Positions 36,101-47,900 of a stretch of 64,000 nt of DNA are shown here, piece after piece. The position numbers were made by a program, and so were the translations under genes. The notes beneath the pieces were generated by a model. It did not search any database. It saw only the letters and a list, made by a program, of their open reading frames with translations, and had not been told where the DNA came from. The DNA comes from Eledone cirrhosa (taxonomy: Eukaryota): contig OZ024742.1 of the NCBI GenBank assembly GCA_964016885.1, forward strand, positions 22,258,001-22,322,000, written 5' to 3'. Position 1 is the first letter of the stretch. Each line of letters opens with the position of its first letter.

Positions 36101-39100
36101 GATGGTGGTTGTGGTGATGGAGGTGGTGGTGATGGTGGTGGTGGTGATGGAGGTTGTGGTGATGGAGGTGGTGGTGATGGTGGTTGTGGTGATGGAAGTC
36201 GTGGTGATGGAGGTTGTGGTGATGGTGGTTGTGGTGATGGTGGTGGTGGTGATGGAAGTTGTGGTGATGGTGGTTGTGGTGATGGAGGTGGTGGTGATGG
36301 TGGTGGTGGTGATGGTGGTTGTTGTGATGGAGGTGGTGGTGATGGTGGTTGTGGTGATGGTGGTTGTGGTGATGGAGGTGGTGGTGATGGTGGTTGTGGT
36401 GATGGAGGTTGTGGTGATGGTGGTGGTGGTGATGGTGGTTGTGGTGATGGAGGTGGTGGTGATGGTGGTTGTGGTGATGGTGGTTGTGGTGATGGAGGTG
36501 GTGGTGATGGTGGTGGTGGTGATGGTGGTTTTTGTGATGGAGGTGGTGGTGATGGTGGTGGTGGTGATGGTGGTTGTGGTGATGGAGGTGGTGGTGATGG
36601 TGGTTGTGGTGATGGAGGTTGTGGTGATGGTGGTGGTGGTGATGGTGGTTGTGGTGATGGAGGTGGTGGTGATGGTGGTTGTGGTGATGGAGGTTGTGGT
36701 GATGGTGGTTGTGGTGATGGTGGTTGTGGTGATGGTGGTGGTGGTGATGGTGGTTGTGGTGAGGGAGGTTTTGGTGATGGAGGTGGTGGTGATGGTGGTG
36801 GTGGTGTTGGTGGTTGTGTTGATGGAGGTGGTGGTGATGGTGGTGGTGGTGTTGGTGGTTGTGTTGATGGAGGTGGTGGTGATGGAGGTTGTGGTGATGG
36901 TGGTTGTGGTGATGGTGGTTGTGGTGATGGTGGTTGTGGTGATGGTGGTGGTGGTGATGGCGGTTGTGGTGATGGAGATTGTGGTGATGGTGGTTGTGGT
37001 GATGGTGGTTGTGGTGATGGTGGTTGTGGTGATGGAGGTTGTGGTGATGGTGGTTGTGGTGATGGAGGTTGTGGTGATGGTGGTGGTGGTGATGGAGGTG
37101 GTGGTGATGGAGGTGGTGGTGATGGTGGTGGTGGTGATGGTGGTGGTGGTGATGGTGGTTGTGGTGATGGAGTTGGTGGTGATGGTGGTGTGGTGATGGT
37201 GGTGGTGGTAATGGTGATTGTGTTGATGGTGGCTGTGGTGATGGTGGTTGTGGTGATGGCGGTTGTGGTGATGGTGGTTGTGGTGATGGTAGTTGGGGTG
37301 GTGGTGGTGGTGGTGGTGATGCTGGTTGTGGTGATGGTGGTGGTGGTGATGGTGGTTGTGGTGATGGTGGTTGTGGTGATGGTGGCTGTGGTGATGGAGG
37401 TGGTGGTGATGGAGGTTGTGGTGATGGTGGTTGTGGTGATGGAGGTTGTGGTGATGGTGGTTGTGGTGATGGTGGTTGTGGTGATGGTGGTTGTGGTGAT
37501 GGTGGTTGTGGTGATGGAGGTGGTGGTGATGGTGGTGGTGGTGATGGTGGTTGTGGTGATGGAGGTGGTGGTGATGGAGGTGGTGGTGATGGTGGTGGTG
37601 GTGATGGTGGTGGTGGTGATGGAGGTGGTGTTGATGGTAGTTGGGGTGATGGTGGTTGTGGTGATGGTGGTTGTGGTGATGGAGGTGGTGGTGATGGTGG
37701 TGGTGGTGATGGAGGTGGTGTTGATGGTAGTTGGGGTGATGGTGGTTGTGGTGATGGTGGTTGTGGTGATGGAGGTGGTGGTGATGGAGATTGTGGTGAT
37801 GGTGATGGTGGTTGTGGTGATGGAGGTGGTGGTGATGGTGGTGGTGGTGATGGTGGTGGTGGTGATGGAGGTTGTGGTGATGGTGATGGTGGTGATGGTG
37901 ATGGTGGGGAAGGTGATGGTGGTTGTGGTGATGGAGGTGATGGTGATGGTGGTGGTGGTGATGGTGGTGGTGGTGATGGTAGTTGGGGTGATGGTGGTGG
38001 TGGTGATGGTGGTGGTGGTGATGGTGGTTGTGGTGATGGTGATGGTGGTGGTGGTGATGGAGGTTGTGGTGATGGAGGTTGTGGTGATGGTGGTTGTGGA
38101 GATGGAGGTGGTGGTGATGGTGGTTGTGGTGATGGTAGTTGGGGTTGTGGTGGTGGTGGTGATGGAGGTTGTGGTGATGGAGGTTGTGGTGATGGAGGTT
38201 GTGGTGATGGAGGTGGTGGTGATGGTGGTTGTGGTGATGGAGGTTGTTGGTGATTATGATGGTGGTGGTGATGGTGGTGGTGGTGGTGATGGTGGTGGTG
38301 GTGATGGTGGTTGTGGTGAGGTTGATGGTGGTGATAGAGGTGGTGGTGATGGAGGTTGTGGTGATGGAGGTTGTGGTGATGGTGGTGATGCTGATGGTGG
38401 GGATGGTGATGGTGGTTGTGGTGATGGAGGTGGTGGTGATGGTGGTTGTGGTGATGGTGGTGGTGGTGATGGTGATGGTGGTGGTGGTGATGGAGGTTGT
38501 GGTGATGGTGGTTGTGGAGATGGAGGTGGTGGTGATGGTGGTTGTGGTGATGGAGGTTGTGGTGATGGAGCTTGTGGTGATGGTGGTGGTGGTGATGGTG
38601 GTGATGGTGGTTGTGGTGATGGTGTTTGTTGGTGATTATGGTGGTGGTGGTGATGGTGGTGGTGGTGATGGTGGTTGTGGTGATAGTTGTTGTGGTGATG
38701 GAGGTGGTGGTGGTGGTGGTGGTGGTGGTGATGGAGGTTATGGTGGTGGTGGTGGTGATGGAGGTTGTTGGTGATTATGGTGGTGGTGGTGATGGTGGTG
38801 GTGGTGATGGAGGTGGTGATGGTGGTGGTGGTGGTGATGGAGGTTATGGTGGTGGTGGTGGTGGTGATGGAGGTTGTTGGTGATTATGGTGGTGGTGGTG
38901 ATGGTGGTTGTGGTGATGGTGGTTGTGGTGATGGAGGTGGTGATGGTGGTGGTGGTGGTGATGGAGGTTATGGTGGTGGTGGTGGTGATGGAGGTTGTTG
39001 GTGATTATGGTGGTGGTGGTGATGGTGGTGGTGGTGATGGTGGTAGTGGTGATTGAGGTGTTGGTGACGGTGGTGGTGGTGAAGGTGGTTGTGGTGATGG

Positions 39101-41402
39101 TGGTTGTGGTGATGGTGATGCTGGGGATGGTGATGGTGTTTGTGGTGATGGAGGTGGTGGTGATGGAGGTGATGGTGATGGAGGTGGTGTGATGGAGGTT
39201 GTGGTGATGGTGGTTGTGGTGATGGTGGTGCTGGTGATGGAGGTTGTGGTGATGGTGGTGATGGTGGTGGTGGTGATTGAGGTTGTGGTGATGGTGGTTG
39301 TGGTGATGGAGGTGGTGGTGATGGTGGTGGTGATGGTGGTTGTGGTGATGGTTGTTGTGGTGATGGAGGTGGTTGTGATGGAGGTTGTGGTGATGGTGGT
39401 TGTGGTGATGGAGGTGGTGGTGATGTTGGTGGTGGTGATTGAGGTTGTGGTGATGGTGGTGGTGGTGATGGTGGTTGTGGTGATGGTGGTTGTGGTGATG
39501 GTGGTGGTGGTGATGGAGGTTGTGGTGATGGAGGTGGTGGTGATGGTGGTTGTGGTGATGGTGGTGGTGGTGATGGTGGTTGTGGTGATGGAGGTTGTGG
39601 TGATGGTGGTTGTGGTGATGGAGGTGGTGGTGATGGAGGTTGTGGTGATGTGGTGGTGGTGATGGAGGTTGTGGTGATGGAGGTGGTGGTGATGGTGGTT
39701 GTGGTGATGGTGGTTGTGGTGATGGAGGTTGTGGTGATGGTGGTTGTGGTGATGGAGGTGGTGGTGATGGTGGTGGTGGTGATGGAGGTTGTGGTGATGG
39801 AGGTGGTGTTGATGGTGGTTGTGGTGATGGAGGTGGTGGTGATGGAGGTTGTGGTGATGGTGGTGGTGGTGATGGAGGTTGTGGTGATGGAGGTTGTGGT
39901 GATGGTGGTGGTGGTGATGGAGGTTGTGGTGATGGTGGTGGTGGTGATGGAGATTGTGGTGATGGAGGTGGTGGTGATGGTGGTTGTGGTGATGGAGGTG
40001 GTGGTGATGGAGGTTGTGGTGATGGTGGTGGTGGTGATGGAGGTTGTGGTGATGGAGGTGGTGGTGATGGTGGTTGTGGTGATGGAGGTGGTGGTGATGG
40101 AGGTTGTGGTGATGGTGGTGGTGGTGATGGTGGTTGTGGTGATGGTGGTGGTGGTGATGGAGGTTGTGGTGATGGAGTTGGTGGTGATGGTGATTGTGGT
40201 GATGGTGGTTGTGGTGATGGTGGTGGTGGTGATGGTGGTTGTGGTGATGGCGGTTGTGGTGATGGAGGTGGTGGTGATGGTGGTGGTGGTGATGGCGGTG
40301 GTGGTGATGGTGGTTGTGGTGATGGAGGTTGTGGTGATGTAGGTGGTGGTGATGGAGGTTGTGATGATGGAGGTGGTGGTGATGGTGGTTGTGGTGATGG
40401 TGGTTGTGGTGATGGCTGTTGTGGTGATGGAGGTGGTGGTGATGGTGGTTGTGGTGATGGAGGTGGTGGTGATGGAGGTGGTGGTGATGGAGTTGGTGGT
40501 GATGGTGATTGTGGTGATGGTGGATGTGGTGATGGAGGTGGTGGTGATGGTGATTTGGTGATGGTGGATGTGGTGATGGAGTTGGTGGTGATGGTGATTG
40601 TGGTGATGGTGGTTGTGGTGATGGTGGTTGTGGTGATGTCTGTTGTGGTGATGGAGGTGGTGGTGTTGGAGGTTGTTGTGATGGAGGTGGTGGTGATGGT
40701 GGTTGTGGTGATGGAGGTGGTGGTGATGGAGGTTTTGGTGATGGTGGTTGTGGTGATGGAGGTGGTGGTGATGGAGGTGGTGGTGATGGAGTTGGTGGTG
40801 ATGGTGATTGTGGTGATGGTGGTTGTTGTGATGGCTGTTGTGGTGATGGTGGTTGTGGTGATGGCGGTTGTGGTGATGGAGGTGGTGGTGATGGTGGTTG
40901 TGGTGATGGAGGTTGTGGTGATGGAGGTGGTGGTGATGGTGGTTGTGGTGATGGAGGTGGTGGTGATGGTGGTTGTGGGAATAGAGGTTGTGGTGTTGGT
41001 GGTGGTGGGGATGGTGGTGGTTGTGATGGAGGTTGTGGTGATGGAGGTGGTGGTGATGGTGCTTGTGGTGATGGAGGTTGTGGTGATTGGGGTGATGGTG
41101 GTGGTGGTGATGGATGTTGCAGTGGTGATGATGGTGGTTGTGGTGTTGGTGGTGACGGTGTTGATGATGGGGGTTGTGGTGATGGAGGTGGTAGTGATGG
41201 AGGTTGTGGCGATGGTAGTTTGGGTGATGGAGGTGATGAAGGTTGTGGTGATGGAGGTTGTGGTGATGGTGGTGGTAGTTATGGTGGTGGTGGTGATGGT
41301 GGTGGTGGTGATGGTGGTTGTGGTGATGGAGGTGGTGGTGATGGTGGTGGTGGTGATGGAGGTTGTGGTGATGGAGGTGGTGGTGATGGAGGTTGTGGTG
41401 AT
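27177..41402. repeat. ~14.2-kb G-rich 15-bp satellite, (GGTGATGG[A/T]GGT[G/T]GT)n, roughly 950 units
   Basis: Directly visible 15-bp period with two dimorphic sites and more degenerate ends. Confidence 0.97.
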
Positions 41403-41473
41403 CCTGAATGATCTAATCTGATAACAGAGAGAAATAACTCAGTATTAGAGATCAATATATTAACTTTCTCCAG

Positions 41474-41770
41474 TACCACCATTCCTACCATTACCACCAC
41501 TCATACCACTACCACCACTTCTACCCTTACCCGTACCACCATTTCTACCACTACCACTAGCCCCACTTCGACCCACTACCACCATTACTACCACTACCAC
41601 CATTCCTACCACTACCAAAGCCTTTACCACTACCACTACTCCCTTCTCCACCATTACAACTATTTCTACCACTACTCCCACCCTCACCAATACCACTCAC
41701 ACCATCACCACCACCATACTACAACCACCAAGACCCTCCCACCGCCAGCACGACCCCCTCCCACCCACAT
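41474..41770. repeat. (ACC/ACT)n degenerate tract, opposite strand polarity to the 15-bp satellite
   Basis: Directly visible. Confidence 0.85.
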
Positions 41771-41960
41771 ACACTGTATATATACATATATATTCCCACA
41801 TCCCACGTAGAAATCATATATATTTAGCAGTGATTACTAAAAGACTTAAAATAAGCAGTTTGAAAAGTCTAAACATTCAAATCAAGACTAGAAATAATAC
41901 TACATATATATCACGTTTCACCTGATACTATTAACAGGTTTGACGGCTTAAATTTCTCTT

Positions 41961-44900
41961 CTAGCCTGGGTCTATTTCCAGCTATGCAAGCCTACATTTC
42001 ATATCTGGCCAGTGCATATTACCAGCTTGGAAAGCAGACTTTTACACCTAGCCTGGGTCTATTGTCGGTTTTGGAAACCAATATTTCATACCTAGCCTGG
42101 GTCTACTGTCAGTTTTGGAAACCAACAATTCATACCTAGCCTGGATCTATTGTCAGTTTTGGAAACCAACAATTCATACCTAGCCTGGATCTATTGTCAG
42201 TTTTGGCTGGGGCTATTGTGAGTTTTGGAAACCAACAATTCATACCTAGCCTGGGTCTATTGTCAGTTTTGGAAACCAACAAATCATACCTAGCCTGGGT
42301 CTACTGTCAGTTTTGGAAACCAACATTTCATACCTAGCCTGGGTCGGTTGTCAGTTTTGGAAACCAACATTTCATACCTAGCCTGGGTCTATTGTCAGTT
42401 TTGGAAACAAACAATTCATACCTAGCCTGGGTCTACTGTCAGTTTTAGAAACAAACAATTCATACCTAGCCTGTGTCTACTGTCAGTTTTGGAAACCAAC
42501 ATTTCATACCTAGCCTGGGTCGGTTGTCAGTTTTGGAAACCAACATTTCATAACTAGACTGGGTCTATTGTCAGTTTTGGAAACCAACAATTCATACCTA
42601 GCCTGGGTCTACTGTCAGTTTTGGAAACAAACAATTCATACCTAGCCTGTGTCTACTGTCAGTTTTGGAAACCAACATTTCATACCTAGCCTGGGTCGGT
42701 TGTCAGTTTTGGAAACCAACATTTCATAACTAGACTGGGTCTATTGTCAGTTTTGGAAACCAACAATTCATACCTAGCCTGGGTCTACTGTCAGTTTTGG
42801 AAACCAACAATTCATACCTAGCCTGGATCTATTGTCAGTTTTGGAAACCAACAATTCATACCTAGCCTGGATCTATTGTCAGTTTTGGAAACCAACATTT
42901 CATACCTAGCCTGGGTCTATTGTCAGTTTTGGAAACCAACATTTCATACCTAGCCTGGGTCTATTGTCAGTTTTGGAAACCAACATTTCATACCTAGCCT
43001 GGGTCTATTGTCAGTTTTGGAAACCAACATTTCATACCTAGCCTGGGTCTATTGTCAGTTTTGGAAACCAACATTTCATACCTAGCCTGGGTCTATTGTC
43101 AGTTTTGTAAACCAACGTTTCATACCTAGCCTGGGTCTATTGTCAGTTGTGGAAACCAACAATTCATACCTAGCCTGGGTCTGTTGTCAGTTTTGGAAAC
43201 CAACATTTCATACCTAGCCTGGGTCTATTGTCAGTTTTGGAAACCAACAATTCATACCTAGCCTGGGTCTGTTGTCAGTTTTGGTAACAAACATTTCATA
43301 TCTAGCCTGGGTCTATTGTCAGTTTTGGAAACCAACATTTCATACCTAGCCTGGGTCTATTGTCAGTTTTGGAAACCAACATTTCATATCTAGCCTGGGT
43401 CTATTGTCAGTTTTGGAAAGCAACATTTCATACCTAGCCTTGGTCTATTGTCAGTTTTGGAAACCAACATTTCATACCTAACCTGGGATTATTGTCAGTT
43501 TTAGAAACCAACATTTCATACCTAGCCTGGGTCTATTATCAGTGTTGGAAACCAACATTTCATACCTAACCTGGGTCTATTGTCAGTTTTGGAACCAACA
43601 TATCATACCTAGCCTGGGTATATTATCAGTTTTGGAAACCAACATTTAATACCTAGCCTGGGTCTATTGTCAGTTTTGGATACCAACATTTCATACCTAG
43701 CCTGGGTCTATTGTCAGTTTTGGAAACCAACATTTCATATCTAGCCTGGATCTATTATCAGTTTTGGAAACCTACATTTCATACCCAGCCTTGATCTATT
43801 GTCAGTTTTGGAAACCAACATTTCATACCTAGCCTGGATCTATTATCAGTTTTGTAAACCAACATTTCATACCCAGCCTTGATCTATTGTCAGTTTTGGA
43901 AACCAACATTTCATACCTAGCCTGGGTGTATTGTCATTTTGGAAACCAACAATTCATACCTAGCCTGGGTCTATTGTCAGTTTTGGAAACCAACATTTCA
44001 TACCTAGCCTGGGTCTATTGTCAGTTTTGTAAACCAACATTTCATATCTAGTCTGGGCCTATTGTCAGTTTTGGAATCCTACATTTCATACCTAGCCTGG
44101 GTCTATTGTCAGTTTTGGAAACCAACAATTCATACCTAGCCTGGGTCTATTGTCAGTTTTGTAAACCAACATTTCATACCTAGCCTGGGTGTATTGTCAG
44201 TTTTGTAAACCAACATTTCATATCTAGTCTGGGCCTATTGTCAGTTTTGGAATCCTACATTTCATACCTAGCCTGGGTCTATTGTCAGTTTTGGAAACCA
44301 ACAATTCATACCTAGCCTGGGTCTATTGTCAGTTTTGTAAACCAACATTTCATACCTAGCCTGGGTGTATTGTCAGTTTTGGAAACCAACAATTCATACC
44401 TAGCCTGGGTCTATTGTCAGTTTTGGAAACCAACATTTCATACCTAGCCTGGGTCTATTGTCAGTTTTGCAAACCAACATTTCATACGTACCCTGGGGCT
44501 ATTGTCAGTTTTAGAAACCAACATTTCATACCTAGCCTGGATCTATTGTCAGTTTTGGAAACCAACATTTCATACCTAGCCTGGGTGTATTGTCAGTTTT
44601 GGAAACCAACATTTCATACCTAGCCTGGGTGTATTGTCAGTTTTGGAAACCAACATTTCATACCTAGCCTGGATCGATTGTCAGTTTTGGAAACCAACAT
44701 TTCATACCTAGCCTGGATCTATTGTCAGTTTTGGAAACCAACATTTCATACCTAGCCTGGGTCTATTGTCAGTTTTGGAAACCAACATTTCATACCTAGC
44801 CTGGGTCTATTGTCAGTTTTTGAAACCATCATTTCATACCTAGCCTGGGTCTATTTTCAGTTTTAGAAACCAACATTTCAAACCTAGCCTGGGGCTACTG

Positions 44901-47900
44901 TCAGTTTTGGAAACCAACATTTCATACCTAGCCTGGGTCTATTGTCAGTTTTGGAAACCAACATTTCATACGTAGCCTGGGTTTATTATCAGTTTTGGAA
45001 ACCTACATTTCATACCTAACCTGGGTCTATTGTGAGTTTTGGAACCAACATATCATACCTAGCCTGGGTATATTATCAGTTTTGGAAACCAACATTTAAT
45101 ACCTAGCCTGGGTCTATTGTCAGTTTTGGAAACCAACATTTCATACCTAGCCTGGGTCTATTGTCAGTTTTTGAAACCATCATTTCATACCTAGCCTGGG
45201 TCTATTGTCAGTTTTAGAAACCAACATTTCAAACCTAGCCTGGGGCTACTGTCAGTTTTGGAAACCAACATTTCATACCTAGCCTGGGTCTATTGTCAGT
45301 TTTGGAAACCAACATTTCATACCTAGCCTGGGTCTATTGTCAGTTTTGGAAACCAACATTTCATATCTAGCCTGGATCTATTATCAGTTTTGGAAACCTA
45401 CATTTCATACCCAGCCTTGATCTATTGTTAGTTTTGGAAACCAACATTTCATACCTAGCCTGGGTCTATTGTCAGTTTTGCAAACCAACATTTCATAACT
45501 AGCCTGGGTCTATTGTCAGTTTTCGAAACCAACATTTCATATCTAGTCTGGGTCTATTGTCAGTTTTGGAAACCAACATTTCATAACTAGACTGGGTCTA
45601 TTGTCAGTTTTGGAAACCTACATTTCATACCTAGCCTGGATCTATTATCAGTTTTGGAAACCAACATTTCATACCTAGCCTGGGTCTATTGTCAGTTTTG
45701 GAAACCAACATTTCATAACTAGCCTGGGTCTTTTGTCAGTTTTGGAAACCTATATTACATACCTAGCCTAGGTATATTATCAGTTTAGAAACCAACATTT
45801 CATACCTAGCCTGGGTCTATTGTCAGTTTTGGAAACCAACATTTCATAACTAGCCTGGTTCTATTGTCAGTTTTGGAAACCTACATTTCATACCTAGCTT
45901 GGGTCTATTGTCAGTTTTGGAAACCAACATTTCATACCTAGCCTGGGTGTATTGTCAGTTTTGGAAACCAACATTTCATACGTAGCCTGGGACTATTGTC
46001 AGTTTTAGAAACCAACATTTCATAACTTGCCTGGGTCTTTTGTCAGTTTTGGAAACCAACATTTCATATCTAGCCTGGGTCTATTGTCAGTTTTGGAAAC
46101 CAACATTTCATAGCTAGACTGGGTCTATTGTCAGTTTTGGAAACCAACATTTCATACCAAGCCCGGGACTATTGTCATTTTTGGAAACCAACATTTCATA
46201 CCTAGCCATGGTCTATTATCAGTTTTGGAAACCTACATTTCATATCCAGCCTGGGACTATTGTCAGTTTAGTAAACCAACATTTCATACCTTGCCTGGGT
46301 CTACTGTCAGTTTTGGAAACCAACATTTCATACCTAGCCTGGGTCTATTGTCAGTTTTAGAAACCAACATTTCATACCTAGCCTGGGTCTATTGTCAGTT
46401 TTGGAAACCAACATTTCATACCTAGCCTCGGTCTATTGTCAGTTTTGGAAACCAACATTGCATAAGTAGCCTGGGTCTATTATCAGTTTTGGAAACCAAC
46501 ATTTTATACCTAGCTTGGGTCTATTGTCAGTTTTGGAAAACAACATTTCATATCTAGCCTGGGTCTATTGTCAGTTTTGGAAACCTACATTTCATACCTA
46601 ACCTGGGTCTATTGTCAGTTTTGGAAACCAACATTTCATACCTAGCCTGGGTCTATTGTCAGTTTTGGAAACCAACATTTCATACCTAGCCTGGGTCTAT
46701 TGTCAGTTTTTGAAACCATCATTTCATAGCTAGTCTGGGTCTATTGTCAGTTTTGGAAACCATCATTTCATACCTAGCCTGGGTCTATTGTCAGTTTTAG
46801 AAACCAACATTTCAAACTTAGCCTGGGGCTACTGTCAGTTTTGGAAACCAACATTTCATACCTAGCCTGTGTCTATTGTCAGTTTTGGAAACCAACATTT
46901 CATACCTAGCCTGGGTCTATTATCAGTTTTGGAAACCTACATCTCATACCAAACCTGGGTCTATTGTCAGTTTTGGAACCAACATATCATACCTAGCCTG
47001 GGTATATTATCAGTTTTGGAAACCAACATTTAATACCTAGCCTGGGTCGATTGTCAGTTTTGGAAACCAACATTTCATACCTAGCCTGGGTCTATTGTCT
47101 GTTTTGGAAACCAACATTTCATATCTAGCCTGGATCTATTATCAGTTTTGGAAACCTACATTTCATACCCAGCCTTGATCTATTGTCAGTTTTGGAAACC
47201 AACATTTCATACCTAGCCTGGATCTATTATCAGTTTTGGAAACCAACATTTCATACCTAGCCTGGGTCTATTGTCAGTTTTGTAAACCAACATTTCATAT
47301 CTAGTCTGGGCCTATTGTCAGTTTTGGAAACCTACATTTCATACCTAGCCTGGGTCTATTGTCAGTTTTGGAAACCAACAATTCATACCTAGCCTGGGTC
47401 AATTGTCAGTTTTGCAAACCAACATTTGATACCTAGCCTGGGTTTATTGTCAGTTTTTGAAACCATCATTTCATACCTAGCCTGGGTCTAATGTCAGTTT
47501 TGGAAATCAACATTTCATACCTAGCCTGGGTCTATTGTCAGTTTTAGAAACCAACATTTCAAACCTACCCTGGGGCTATTGTCAATTTTGGAAACCAACA
47601 TTTGATACCTAGCCTGGGTCTATTGTCAGTTTTTGAAACCATCATTTCATACCTAGCCTGGGTCTAATGTCAGTTTTAGAAACCAACATTTCAAACCTAG
47701 CCTGGCGCTACTGTCAGTTTTGGAAACCAACATTTCATACCTAGCCTGGGTCTATTGTCAGTTTCGGAAACCAACATTTCATATCTAGTCTGGGCCTATT
47801 GTCAGTTTTGGAAACCTACATTTCATACCTAGCCTGGGTCTATTGTCAGTTTTGGAAACCAACAATTCATACCTAGCCTGCGTCTATTGTCAGTTTTGTA

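Noticed and set aside
27163-41421. Long [10 protein letters not shown] ORFs of up to 718 aa
   Set aside because: Trivial consequence of a stop-free 15-bp unit, with repeated frameshifts and no domain content
41459-41770. Splice-acceptor-like ttaactttctccag followed by a Thr-rich reading frame
   Set aside because: The frame shifts after ~30 codons, no donor or partner exon was found, and the sequence is low complexity
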